64,000 nucleotides of DNA from the NCBI RefSeq assembly GCF_963921235.1, contig NC_086106.1, positions 25,358,001 through 25,422,000 on the forward strand, given 5' to 3'. Origin of the DNA: Mobula hypostoma. Taxonomy: Eukaryota. A model generated the notes under the pieces. That model was not told the DNA's origin. It did not search any database and was given only the letters and a program-made list of their open reading frames with translations. The translations under genes were made by a program, and so were the position numbers. Below are positions 1 through 12,229 of the stretch, one piece after another (position 1 is the first letter of the stretch; every line of letters begins with the position of its first letter).

Positions 1-1094
1 GAAATAACGAAAATCATTTCGACGGAATGGTGTCGGAGGCCATGACCTTAGATATTGCACAGTTCAGCTGGCGGCTTCTTTTCAAACGTTTTGAGCCTCT
101 CATTGTTTTAATCTGATTCTCTCATCTGCCTTTAGAATGCAACCATCCGATCCGCACCTATGAAAAACATTGTAACACATGACCCCGAGAATTCATTCCG
201 ATCTGTACTGATGCACAATACAATGCTTTCCATATGGAAGCATTTTCTTGCCCCAGTCTACAAGAAGCTCCAGAGTAATGGACACAATTCAATGATTTCA
301 AACTCAAGGATTTCAAACAATGATAATGTCTATATTTTCGCCACCTGGGTAAAGCTTTCTGCAAAGGCAAACGCTGAAGATCCAGGGTAAAGGGCAGCAC
401 CTACCATGCCGACATATGCGCAATGATTTTTGAACATACATTGTTGTGACTTTGCACTTTTTCATCTACCTGCAGTGCACTTTGACTGCAGCTGCTACAT
501 TCTATTCTGCCTCTTTCCGTTTCGCTCTTTTTCCCTCTCCCTCTCACTGCTCCCGTCTACACAGCGTGAGAAAATGACAACAGTCATAGCAGCCGTAAAT
601 TACGTCACGTAACACGTAGTCCCTTTTTGAACATATCAACTTAAGTTATACGTATATGTCGTAACATCATTTAATGTAATGCATTCCCACTAGTCATGCA
701 CACAAAATACCCATTTACCCCCACTCTTTCCTTTCCTTTCCTGGTCCATAGACTCTAGCTCTATCTTTATTTTGATCACTTGCGTTTTGATGTGATGTCG
801 GATCCATTCTTGTCTTGACATGTACAGCTTCTGCATTTGCAAGTTCCTCCCTCATCTTCACTGTAAAAGCCTCTAAAATCTCTGGCAAAGTTTCAAAAAC
901 GATGCCCATCAAAAATATCAGGGAGGTACGGATTTGTAGATAAGCGGGGAAAATGGACTTTCACGCAGATCTTTTGCGAATACGTTTCGCATTCTTAAGT
1001 TGATCACGTGACCGTGGAGGATTTGTGTGTGAGTCCCTGGCAGTTTTCCGGCTAAGGACCCCCACTGGCGCGTGCTCATTGTATAACGGAGGTC

Positions 1095-1200
1095 CAATTT
1101 TGTGCGGATTGTCATCGCCTTCCAATACTGTGGGCTTTATGGCACAAAGATACACGGCAGAGTCCGACAAGAACTCCCGAAATCTTCAAATTACCTCTCA
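1095..1200 (-). pseudogene. 5'-truncated V fragment (family A FR3 end) with RSS CACAGTA-22-ACAAAATTG
   Basis: SDSAVYLCAIKP end; 2-nt deletion relative to the 3.5-kb V; 5' part replaced by a LINE fragment. Confidence 0.88.
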
Positions 1201-1640
1201 TATTGATAGAATCGACGAAAATATGCAACGACAAACAAACATCCAAAGAGCAAACGGCCGCAAATTATGCAAATACAAAACAAAAAAAAAAGATAATAAG
1301 TAAAAAAACTATGTCAAAAACTCTGAGAACAAGAGTTGCAGCGTCCTTGAAAGTGAATCCATGGGCTGTGGAAACATTTCATTGTTGGAGTGAGTGAAGT
1401 TATCTACTCTGGTTCAAGAAACTGTTGGGTGAGGGGAACAGCTGTTTCTGAATCTGAGTGGATCTAAGTCTCATGTGCCTCCTTCCTGATGGCAGTATGG
1501 AGAGGAGAGCATGATCTGAATAGTGGTAGTCCTTTATGATATAAGCTGCCTTCTTCCTTGTTCAATGGTCGGGAGAGCTTTACCTGTGATGAACTAGGCT
1601 GTATTCACAACTTCTTGTAGGCTTCAGGAATAACTTCTCT
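1200..1640 (-). mobile_element. Rex1/Babar-like LINE 3' fragment
   Basis: ggttcaaga...ctgtttctgaatctg...ccttcctgatggcag resembles the fish/shark Rex1 3' region (recognised by eye). Confidence 0.55.
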
Positions 1641-2273
1641 CGCTTGAGCAGCACACTTACAGCCGAACACATAGGCGTCTATGCTGACCCTCAGCAATTT
1701 GGTCGTGCATCGTTTCTACTTTCACTGCGACTTGTCCTGTACTGAGAGCCTACTCAGTTCAATTTGGATAATTTCACTTTCTACTTACCAGGATCCGTGA
1801 AATGTATTTTCCCCACAAGTTAATAAACCAAGGGTCAAATTCAATTTAAAATTGCGGACACCTGAAGGAGGAAGTATGGAACTACAGTCCAAACGACTCA
1901 GATGATCTGAAAATAGATATGGAAAGAAACAGTTTTCAAGCCTCTCATCTACACGTTATTTTGAAGTTGTTAAAGCTCACAAGCTCTCCGTCTACAGAGT
2001 GAATTTTAAATACCGAATACTTGTTCTGATGGCCAGTGGCGAACCAGGATGAGAAAATCTAGTTATGAGGGTGCCCTCAAGTCAATATAATGACAAAAGC
2101 ATTTTGTTACTGAAAGAAGTGCAACAGGGCACTCTTTTTCCGACTTCCTGAACGCGTTACAGAGATGTTTTGAGCAGCAGGAAGTTACAGTGTCAACACC
2201 CACCCTGACAACCTCATTGACACTGAAAACCGCAGGACCGGTTGTGAGTGTAATATTCGTCTCCAGGAGAGTG

Positions 2274-2614
2274 AACCAACACAAGTCATTTGGATAGGTT
2301 GGTGTCGTAGGCCATGAACTTAGATAATGCGCAGTTCAGCTGGCGGCTTCTTTTCAAACGCTTTGAGCCTCACATTGTTTTAACCTGATTCTCTCATCTG
2401 CCTTTAGAATACAACCATCCGATCCGCACCTATGAAACATATTGTAACGCATGACCCCGACAACTCATTCCGATTTGTACTTATGAATAATACAATGCTC
2501 TGTATATGGAGGCATTTTCTTGCCCCAGCCTGCAATAAACTTCAGAGTAGGACACAATTCAATGATTTCAAACTCAAGGATTTCAAACAATGATTATGTC
2601 TATATTTTCGCCAC
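2274..2614 (-). pseudogene. Putative fossil V of a divergent family (copy at 1-344)
   Basis: 85-87-nt GT-AG intron with the V-type acceptor tgtcc...tttattgcag; MSC...YVS*VR and ELRISK(V/F)MA.DT motifs; weak RSS-like CACTCTC-21-ACAACCGGT. Confidence 0.35.
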
Positions 2615-3494
2615 CTGGGTAAAGGTGTCAACAAAGGCAAACACTTCAACCACTTCTAATATTTTCTTTTCTGTTCCACTCATCGGGAAGAAGGTATAGG
2701 GTGAAGGGCAGCACCTACCATGCCGACATATTATTGCGCAATGTTTTTTTTTAATGTACATTGACCTTGTTGTGACTTTGCACTTTTACATCTACCTGCA
2801 GTGCGCTTTCTCTGCAGCAGTTACATTCTATTCTGCCTCCTTTCGGTTCCTTATGTTTCCCTCTCCCTCTCACTGCTCTTCTACACAGCGTGAGAAAATG
2901 ACGACCATAATAGGAACCGCGAATTATGTCACCTAACACGTCGTCCCTTAATGAACATATCGGCTGAAATTATCAGTAGATGTCGTAACATAATTTAATG
3001 TAGCGCATTCCCACTAGTCATGCATAGCGAATACCCATTTGTCCCACTCTTTGCTTTCCTCTCCTGGTCCCTAGAGTCTAGCGGAATCTTTATTTTGATC
3101 AGTTATGTTCTGATGTGATATCGGATCCATTGCTGTTTTGACATGTACAGTTTCTGCATTTGCAAGTTCTTCCCTCATCTTCACTGTAAGAGCCTCAAAC
3201 ATCTCGGCCAAAGTTGTCAAAAGCGATGTCCAGCAAAAATATCAGGGAAATATGGATTTGTACATAAACGGGGAAAATAGACTTTCATGTGTGGGAAATG
3301 TTTATTCACTTTTGAGTTTGTACAACCTGGTACACATTCACTTGACGGATAGTTCCTTAAACCTGCATATCTTTTGCGAATATATTTCTCATTCTTCAGT
3401 TGATCACGTGACCGTGGAGGATTTGTGTGTGAGTCGCTGGCAGCTTTCCGGCAAAGGGCCCCCACTAGCGGGCGCTCACTGTATTACTGAGGTC

Positions 3495-3533
3495 CAATTT
3501 TGTGCAGAGCTGTCATCGCCTTGCAATACTGTG
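3495..3533 (-). other. 23-RSS (CACAGTA-23-ACAAAATTG)
   Basis: Heptamer 3533-3527, 23-nt spacer, nonamer 3503-3495 directly after the V coding end. Confidence 0.88.
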
Positions 3534-3966
3534 GGCTTCATAGCACAAAGATACACGGCGGAGTCCGACACAAGAGCTCCAGAAATCTTCGAATGAGCCA
3601 TCTTGTTGTCTCTCTGCCAACCAGCGGTAAACCTTGCCGGACATTCTGGATGCCGTACCACTTCTCCGGTGCTGCGTACCATTAGCAAACATTTTGGAGA
3701 TTCCACGTGATTCTGGACGTACCAGTAAATATTGGCAGGGATGCCGGTGTAATTACATTTTATTGTTACACTTTGTTCTTCCACAACCGTTAATTCAGTC
3801 GGCCATTGTCTCACGGAATCCTTCCCAATTGTTGCTGCAATTAAAGGACAAAATGCATGAACAAATCGAGCTTTCTCCGGACATAAGGGACAGATTCGGG
3901 CCGTTACCGCGGAGACTCACCTGGCATCATAATCAATATAATCAGCAGAAAATAAAGAAAATCCAT
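3534..3966 (-). CDS. TCR alpha/delta-type V segment (family A), potentially functional; leader 3966-3921, intron 3920-3835, V exon 3834-3534
   Basis: Leader MDFLYFLLIILIMMP, GT-AG phase-1 intron, open V exon ...VTIKCNYT...IYWYVQ...SDSAVYLCAMKP with C23/W41/C104; followed by a 23-RSS. Confidence 0.92.
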
Positions 3967-4149
3967 GGTGTCTGGTTTCAAACTCGATCGAAAGGCATTT
4001 TTTCTTGCAGTACAGTAAGTTAATATACTTGACTGAAATTGAAGAGTGAAATCAGACTTGCTGCATATTTGAGCTCGGGTAAATCTGGGGGCGGTGCCCT
4101 GCCAATGGATTGATTGGCTGTGAGCACCGAACTGATCCACTAATCAGAG

Positions 4150-5160
4150 TTAAGCTTGTTTCAATCCTCTGGCTGTTTTTGCTTGCCTTTATAACCCTTT
4201 CTATCACGTATTTCTCCTTCGCAATGTTTCCCTTATTTTCACTCATTTACAATCTCATTCATTATTTACCACACTCTTTTCCGCTCCTTCGTCCTTGCTG
4301 TTCCACTGCACCTCTCTCTCTCTTGCTCGCTCTGTATATGCCTTTCATCATATTCATCCATGTCCTTCCATTTTTCGTTGCCTCCTGTGACACTCATTTC
4401 TTCCATCGATGCTTCCTTCAGTTTCACTCGCGTGGCTTCCCTCAATCTCGCTCGTTCCTTACAGTTTGTCTTTCCCTCTTCCATTCCTTTCTATTCCATT
4501 GTTCCCCTACCCCGCTTTCTCACACTATCTCCTTCCTTCCCTCTTGCTCTCTCTTCCCATTTCTCTTTCTCTCGTTCCTTCCGTCCACCTCACTCTGTCA
4601 CGCTTTCTCTATCCCACACTCTGATCTTTTTATTTATTTAATTGGCGGTAGTTTGCGGAATAGGCCCTTCGCCTCTCGCGCTCCCAGACCCTAACCTAAT
4701 CACAGTGGAAATTACAATGGCTTATTAACCTACTTATTTGTACATTTTTGACTGTAAGTGGAAACAGGGGAAGCCAGAGAAAGCCCGGTCATTCCGAAGG
4801 GTGGACCTATAGACCTTTACTGATGCGCAGAACGGAACACCGAAATCCGTGCCCGGAGCTCGAAATAGCGCCGTGCGACGACTATACAATGGTGGCTGGA
4901 CTTCAATCCCTCTCTCACATTCTTCTTCGACTGAGTCGCCCCTTCTCTGTTTCTTGCTCCTCCCCTTTCCCTATCTCTCCTTACTGCTCAATCGAAAACC
5001 ATCTCTCTCGCTCTCTCACTTCATTGTTCTTACGTCTCTTCTATTCACTTTCTCACTATCGTTCCTAACCTCACTCTTTCTCCGCCCCCCCCAATTTTCC
5101 TCACCATATCCGTCCCTCTACCTTTCCCATGGATTTCATTCTGTCCTCTGCAAGCTCGCC
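4150..5160. repeat. CT-rich tract upstream of a V promoter; similar tracts recur upstream of most V segments
   Basis: Plus-strand C/T tracts also at about 7650-8050, 9620-10050, 14800-15110, 20040-20150, 27060-27370, 32380-32450, 36020-36070, 40320-40560, 47260-47560, 52730-53000, 55540-55660, 59330-59390 and 62754-62960. Confidence 0.9.
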
Positions 5161-5809
5161 ACCGCAATTCACACCTGACGCAATTCTCCGCTCCAGCAAA
5201 CGGGGGACAGACAATAAAGAAAACCTATTCCGTGGGGAGCGGGAGTGGGACATGTGCTTTCTGTAAGCATCTCTTTTCCTCTACGCTTCAGCCTTTTCTC
5301 TACGGGGAAGACGTTTTCACCCGAGTCTCGTAGAGGGACCAGGTTTGGTTGAAAAACCTACAAATGCTATAAGTCCAAAACAACGCACAAAACTCTGGAG
5401 GAAGAGTGCGTGTCAGGCAGCATCTATGGAGTAATGTAAACAGTCGGTGATTCGGTGTGAGACACTTCTTCAGGACTGAGAAGGGAGGACAGTGATGCCT
5501 AAGGTAAAAGGTGGAGGGAGAGGCAAGAGGCTAACTGAGAGGTGACATGTGAAATCATGCTGACAAAGGCCAAGGGATGGAGAAGAAGTTTCTGATAGGA
5601 GAGCAGATTGGACAGCAGGAGACTTGGAAGGATAAGGATACCCAAGGGGAAGTAATAGGCAGGTGAGGAGTAAAAGGTCAGAATGGGGAATAGAATAATT
5701 GGGCGTTGGTGGTAATTTGTTCACTCCGCAGAAGTTATCATACCATGAAGTGTTTGTAACCTTACAGGGTTTACTTTTTCCTTCTTACTTTACCTAATAT
5801 AGTAAATGG

Positions 5810-7566
5810 CTGCTCTGTGTTTTCACGTCAGAAGTTGGAGTCCTGTGAGATCCAGTGTCTCCCAGAAAACTACATCTGGTGTGTATCTGTCTGAAGCTCC
5901 TGGAACACCATGTTAGGGATCTGGAGTAGCAAATGAATGACCTGTTCGCTCCTACGACAGAGAGAGGAGACAAGCGATAGGGGTTACAGGGAAGTAGCCA
6001 TCACGAAGCTGCAGCAGGCGAGTGGCTGAGTGATTATCGGGGGAATGGAAATGTAGTTAGCACAGAGCACACTTGCGGCCATTCCTCTCAATAATAAGTA
6101 TAGCGTTTTGTATATTGTTGTGGGAAATGACCTCCCAGGGGAATGGTTCGAAGACCGGTTCACTGCCACTGTGCTGCAGAAGGGTTAGAGGAAGAGGAAA
6201 GCAGCGATAGCGACTCAATAATCAGGGGAACAGATATGAGATCCTGTTGACATAAACGGGACAGCAGAATAGTATGCTGCCTCGCAGGCGCCAGGGTCAG
6301 TGACTTTTCCGATCACGGACACGACATTTTTGAGAGTGAGGGACCGCATTCCGATGTCTTGGTACGTTTTGGTACCAATGACACACGAAGTAAAAGCAAA
6401 GAGATGCAGAAAAGAAATTTTAGAGAGCCATATAGAAGGCACTAACAGTGTGTCAAGCTTTGAAGTGTGCCACGGAAGAGAAGTGAGTGCAGTTACTCTT
6501 ACAAGGCTCAAAAAGCCGGAAGACCTCAGAGTCTATAAGTCACCCGGAACAGATGGACTGCAACCTCGGGTTCTGAAAGAGGTAGATATAGAGTTTGTGG
6601 AAGCATTATTAATTATCTTTTTAAAATGATTAGACTGTGGCATGGTGCCTGACGACTGATACGTAGATTGGTGCAGGGTCAGGCTGTATTGGTGAAGAAG
6701 GTCAGCTGCAGAAGGCTTTAGACAGATGATGAGAATGGGCAAGGGATTAGCAGATGAAATACAATGATGGAAAATGCATGGACTTCCTCTTTGGTAGAAT
6801 AAATAATTGTAATATTTTCTAAACGTGGAGAAAAGACAAACCTCTGATATGTAATGATGGAAGGAGACTTGGGGGTCCTTGTGCAGAATACCCTCAAGGT
6901 TAAGTGCAGGTAGAGTCGGGGGTTAAGAAGATAAATGCAATTTTAGAATTCATTTCAGGAGGTCATGAATACAAGAGTGGGGATGTGATTCTGAGGCTTA
7001 AATGCAACCGGTAAGTCTCACTTTGAGTATTGTGAACAGTTTTGGGCTCGTCATTTCGGAAAAGATGCGCTGGCATTGAAAATGGTTCAGAGCAGATTCC
7101 CAAAGATGATTCCCGGAAGTTACGGATTATCATACCACGAATATTTGATATTTATGAGTGTGTATCTATTGGAATTCAGAAGAACGAGGATGAACTCATT
7201 GATACTTTTCGAATGTTACAAGGCTTAGATAGAGCAGATGCGGAAAGGATGTTTCCCATGGTGGTGTACGACAAGAGGGTGCAGCCTCAATATAGAGGAG
7301 CGTGAATTTGAAACAGAGGTGCGGAGAAATTACTTTAGCCTGATGGTGGTAAATGTGTGGAATTTGTTATCACGGGCAGCCGTGGAGGACAGTACGTTGA
7401 GAGTACTTAACGCAAAACGTGATAGGTTCCCGGTTTAACATGGCATCGAGGGTTAAAACGGGAAAGCCGGAGAGTGGAACCGAGGAAAGATCACTGGATC
7501 AGCCATGATTGGCAGAGTCGATGTGCCAAATGGCCTATTTGTGCTGTTATCTCTTATGGTCTTATG
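5810..7566 (+). mobile_element. CR1 LINE, internally deleted
   Basis: ORF1 esterase-like DSIIRGTD..C, KSPGTDGLQPRVLKEV, RT C-terminal remnants, cttatggtcttatg tail. Confidence 0.88.
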
Positions 7567-8707
7567 CTGTCTTTCAAGATGTGCAGGATTTAGCAGAGAC
7601 ACACACATCTTCGCTCCCGGCTCTTCTCGCGCGTCTTCTTCTTGCTGTCTAAATCCTTGACACGTCATGTCTCCTTCCCTTCTTTGTCTCCCATAATCAC
7701 TCCTCATCACCTGTTTCCTATCTCTTCTCCCCATTATCGATACACCCTCTTTACGTGTCTTCTTTCTCTGTTCCGCATTCTTTTCCCATTTTCTCCCCTC
7801 TCTCCTTTGCTGTCTGACTCCCCCAGCCATTATGCTAAATATCTCGATCATTTTCGTTCTCCCCGCTCCGCCCTCGTTTTGCTCTGTTATTTTTGTCTTG
7901 TTATCGCTTTTCCTGTCTTTCTCTATCAATCATTTTGCTCTTCTACTCAGTCTCCCGAATTTCTCTCTCTCTCTCTCTTCCTCTTCCCTCTCTGTCTTTC
8001 GCTCTCCCTCCTTCTCTCTCTCTCCCACTGTGTCACTTTCTCCGGCCTTCAATCTCTGTGTCACTCATTGTGTTTATTCCACACGCTTGCACAATGCTCC
8101 CTTGATAATGCATAAGCAAGATAGAAATTCCCGAGGTGGATAGTGACTGGTATTGCTCCCCTGCACACTGCTTTGAAGTTATTGGGGCCTTTAAAATTAC
8201 ATTGAAGATATTGATATTTTAAAATAATCACAGGATACAGTACGTGGTGACTGAAAAAAAAAATGATGCCGTTGTTAAAGAATGGACAGATAAAAAGGAA
8301 TAATCCAATGATCTGGGTTACTAGGTTCATGCCTGGCTCCCTCCAGGCACAAGCAGACTCATGGGTAACTGTATAAAATAACTGCATCATGGTTCCTCAC
8401 TACAATAAGATTCATCTCTATCTTTTTCTTTGTCTACCTCCTCCGTCTTTGGCACAGATTCCCAGTAGTTGCTCCTCTTTGGATAAGCTTTATCCACGCA
8501 TTGGTATATAGACCCTTCTGATCCGAATCTCATATTGGGGGTGCCGGGTGTATTGTAACTCTTGTCCCCTAGGCCCCGCACACTCTGTTAGCCTCTGCGC
8601 AGGGAGGTGGTGTTGTCTTTTGGTCTCTGAGGACGGGACGTTGTTCAATGTTGAGCAGGGAGTGGTGGTTTATGAGATCCCTGAAAACCAAGTACCCATT
8701 GCAGGTA

Positions 8708-8860
8708 GGATTTTTTTTTCCAGATCCATCATCGCTCTGCCTTCAGAAGGGGTGTTAATGCAAAAATACACAGCGCAATCCAGCACAAAACCACCGGAGA
8801 TATTTTAGTGGTACTACTGGCCATTTGGTGTCCAAACCACTGGAAATCCAGACCGATTTA
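8708..8860 (-). pseudogene. Fossil family-A-like V 3' end (copies at about 18410-18560, 30770-30920 and 51120-51270)
   Basis: NISGGFVLDCAVYFCINT / NISSGFVPGSALYTCMIS; spacer end GGATCTGG-AAAAAATCC and downstream flank align with family A. Confidence 0.65.
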
Positions 8861-8980
8861 TTGTGCTTTTGAATATCGTTCTCTTAAGCCAAACACGTAA
8901 CTTTCGCAAAATCTGGGTGCGCCACTTCCGGTTTTCTCCCAAATGCCGCCTTCTAGCGGTGGTTCACTGCATTACACCTG

Positions 8981-9320
8981 GTAACGATGTACTCGGCGGA
9001 GTCCGACACTGGAGCTCCAGAGGTACTAAAATAGGCCACCTTGCTGCCTCTCTTCAAAACAGCGGAAAACCACACTGGAGATCCTGGTGTCCACTCCGTC
9101 TTTCCGGAGGTATATAACTTCACTATGCATTTAGGAGCTTCCCCGCGATAAGAAATGTAACAAAAAAGGCAACCATGCCATTGTAACTTGAGTTCAGTCT
9201 TACAATCTGTCCTTCCTCAACCGATAATTCAGGAGACTGCTGGGTGACTGTATCTTTCTCACTCGCTCCTGCAAGAAAAGGACAACCAACATAATCAACA
9301 AAGAGCTGAGGGAACAAATG
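8981..9320 (-). pseudogene. V pseudogene with RSS and C104 deleted
   Basis: GASEKDTVTQQSPELSVEEGQ..., C23>S, W41>C plus a frameshift, GAPVSDSAEY then jumps to the post-nonamer flank; intron largely deleted and ATG lost. Confidence 0.88.
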
Positions 9321-10426
9321 GTGTCTGACTTCCCACTCGAACTAAAAACAAATTACTTCTAGAAGGTTCATAACGTTGATCGATATTGCAGATGAAGATC
9401 AGTCCCGCTATATCTTTGAGCTTGTGGATTTACCCTCTCAATCGGTTTATTGCTGGGACCAATAAATCCGGTTACAAATATGAACTAGAATTTCTTCATT
9501 TCGTCTGTCTGTTGCAACTTGTCTTTATGACCTATTTTCTCTCAAACCTCAACCTCGTGGTGTCTCACCTAATTTCACCCATTGAAAATCTAATGTACTC
9601 CTTCTGAGACAATCTACCTCTTTACCTCTCTCTACCTTTTCTTTTACCTCTCTCTCTCTCTCTCTCTCGCTCGCTCTCTCTCTCTCGCTCGCTCTCTCTC
9701 TCTCCCTCTCTCTCTCTCTCATTCAGATACAACATCTCCCTGTCTCGCCCGCATTTATTTACCGACTATCTCTTCAATTACTCGTCTCTCACTCTAACTG
9801 TTCCTTTACACCCTTCCTTTACTGTTTGCAAAAGATTTAACTCCCTTCGCTTCTCATTCCACTAACCTCCTCATTGCTTTCCTTCCTTTTCTCATTTTTT
9901 CTTCTTTGTCGTTCATTCCTTCCAGCTTCTCTTCTTTGTTTTTCTTCTCTGCATCTCGTTGCTTTTCTTCAACTTCTTTTTAGTTCCCATTTTGTTTCCT
10001 CCTATTCCGTCAGTGACGAATTTGCAAGATCTCATCACTCTCCACAGTTTTTCTTTTTATTTTCTTTGTTTTTAAAGCCTTTTATTAATTATTATTGACA
10101 ACGAACAACAATAAAAAAATACATTGAAGTAATCAAGTCAACATATCAATATGTACACCAAGAGTTAAACTTTCAACCAAGTTAAACAATATATCAAGAA
10201 TATTAAGGAAAAAAACAAAATGTTAAAGCTATTTGTTTTTTTGGGAAAAAGAAAGAAGGAAAAAGAACACCTACTAACGAAATCAACAACAAAAAAAAAA
10301 ACACCTAACAAAAAAAAACACATTTGGAGCACAAACCCGGAGCTATACGTCATACAAGCCTCCAGAAAGGAAAAAAAAAACATCAATCCGCTAACCAAAT
10401 CCCTCTCTTTTGCCCAATTTGCTATT

Positions 10427-10584
10427 NNNNNNNNNNNNNNNNNNNNNNNNNNNNNNNNNNNNNNNNNNNNNNNNNNNNNNNNNNNNNNNNNNNNNNNNNN
10501 NNNNNNNNNNNNNNNNNNNNNNNNNNNNNNNNNNNNNNNNNNNNNNNNNNNNNNNNNNNNNNNNNNNNNNNNNNNNNNNNNNNN
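10427..10584. other. Assembly gap (others at 30258-30494 and 62576-62753)
   Basis: Runs of N. Confidence 1.
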
Positions 10585-11040
10585 GTTAGCTCTGTGCCAC
10601 ATGCAAGTACACAGTTTGTATAATGATGGTTATACGACGTTGAAATTCGGAAACAGTTTGGTCACTTGTTTTACTGTTCTGTAAGGTGTGTGGAGACACT
10701 ACAGCGATTTATATCACGTAGAGCAATTGTGGGATATGTGCAGACAACTGAACGTTGGATGCTGATGTTATAGAATGAAGATGATACCTGGAATGATGAA
10801 ATGGCCTGTATTTCTCCTCTTGCTAATGATTGTTACGCTGTAAATCATCCTGGTGACTTTGGTTGACTGTTCAGAAATTTGATCGCCATAGTTCACATTC
10901 TCAATAAACAGAGCAGAAAGCATTCTGACGGTAGTCAAGGGCAAAGGCGAGAACTTCGTTCTTGTGTGGATCCGTATTTAAAAGGAAACTTGACTCCCTC
11001 TCCACGAGGCACATCCGGAAGCTTCATTCAGACTGCAGTG

Positions 11041-11281
11041 GCTCTCCTCGGAGCAGATGTTTAAAGAGGTGCGGTGTTTATAAGGCTGAAGATGCTGTCT
11101 GCCAAAATAACCAGATGGATTGAACAGTTCCTATCTGTGTTGAAGAGAGAAGGATAAGCAGTATTGGACATATATAATTTTGAGCTGGCTACCGAGTGGA
11201 CCAAGCACACTTCTCCTGGAAAACGTAGCCGGGGTATTGAGACTTCGACAGGATTGTGAGTTATTACCTTCAGAATTTGGG
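11041..11281 (-). pseudogene. Putative fossil V of a divergent family (copy at about 23298-23538)
   Basis: AG acceptor, KVITHNPVEVSI...PGE..., IIYVQ, LQP..TSL.IC; in the 23-kb copy 11 nt after the Cys codon comes CACTGCA, then a CTCF-like GAGGGAGTC; frameshifted. Confidence 0.42.
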
Positions 11282-11937
11282 CTGAATAGGATGGAATCGG
11301 AATTGGAAAGGTAGGCAACCTGCGACCAGATAGGGGACGGCTATCGGGACGCTGGGGGGATGGGTGTCGAAATCGGTTAGCAAGAGGAAATCGGAGTAGG
11401 AGTGGAAAGAAAATAACTCTAAGGGAGTTGGAGCAGTTTGGACAGGAAGGATTTTCTGAGAGGATTTACGTTGATCTGAAAGAGACACAGGGAACGGGAT
11501 TGCCGGAACATTTGAACATTGAGAAATAAAACTTAATAACGTAGTTTTGCAGGTGCAGTTCCTTCAGTTTGCATTTTGCCTCATCCTGTTGTTGGTGGAA
11601 GCCGACAAGGTCCGACTCTCCCTTCATATCAAACTGCTACCCTCGTCTGTGCATCTTTCGGTCTTCCTCCCCGTCGAGTTCGAAACTGTAAGGAAATAAA
11701 GAAAAGCAATAAGCAACGTCTTTTCTGAGCATAGGAGTCGGGTGTTCAATCTTTTATGCCCTAACGGTGTTATCTTCATAGGGCTCTGTCCTGGGAAGGT
11801 GTGAAGGTGCCTGAGTCTCGTGGCTGGGCCCACGTTTATGTAGAGGTTAGGCTGAGGCCACCCTCTGGTATCAGAGCTCACTGCAGTCAGGATATGATTT
11901 TTTTGTCCAGCTCCGCCTTCATCCCCAATTTCTGTTG

Positions 11938-12213
11938 GCGAATTTGCGCAAAGATGCAGCGCAGAAATCCATACAAGAACTCCGGGGGTAGTTTCCAACT
12001 GGAAATCCGATATGTTGACAGGGTTGTCTTCAGACCAAGCCACGTATTCGAGAATGAACATCGTAAGTAATTTTCTAAAGTTTCCATGATGTTGACTGTT
12101 CTACAGATAGGCTAAGGCAGTTCATGAGTAATTTCAGCGCAGCGACATTCTCTGTCCGTCCTAAATCAATAATTTCTTCCGATCCTTGCTCAACTTATCC
12201 GCCCCATTCGTAC
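11938..12213 (-). pseudogene. Decayed V exon; leader/intron position occupied by CR1
   Basis: After AG, one frame reads GTNGADK...DGQRMSLR*NYS*TALAYL*NSQHHG...PGVLVWISALHLCANS; degenerate RSS (nonamer ACAAAAAAA at 11906-11898). Confidence 0.75.
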
Positions 12214-12229
12214 CTCTAACCAACTCAAA

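Noticed and set aside
4110-8143. Long S/L/F-rich or E/R-rich ORFs
   Set aside because: Artefacts of CT/GA low-complexity tracts; ORFs spanning N gaps are likewise meaningless
8548-8700. RSS-like CAGAGTG-24-ACAATACAC after TGC GCA, with an LLNIEQ FR3-like frame
   Set aside because: The block aligns with the non-coding downstream flank of family A V genes, and the heptamer-like sequence is not kept in the other copies
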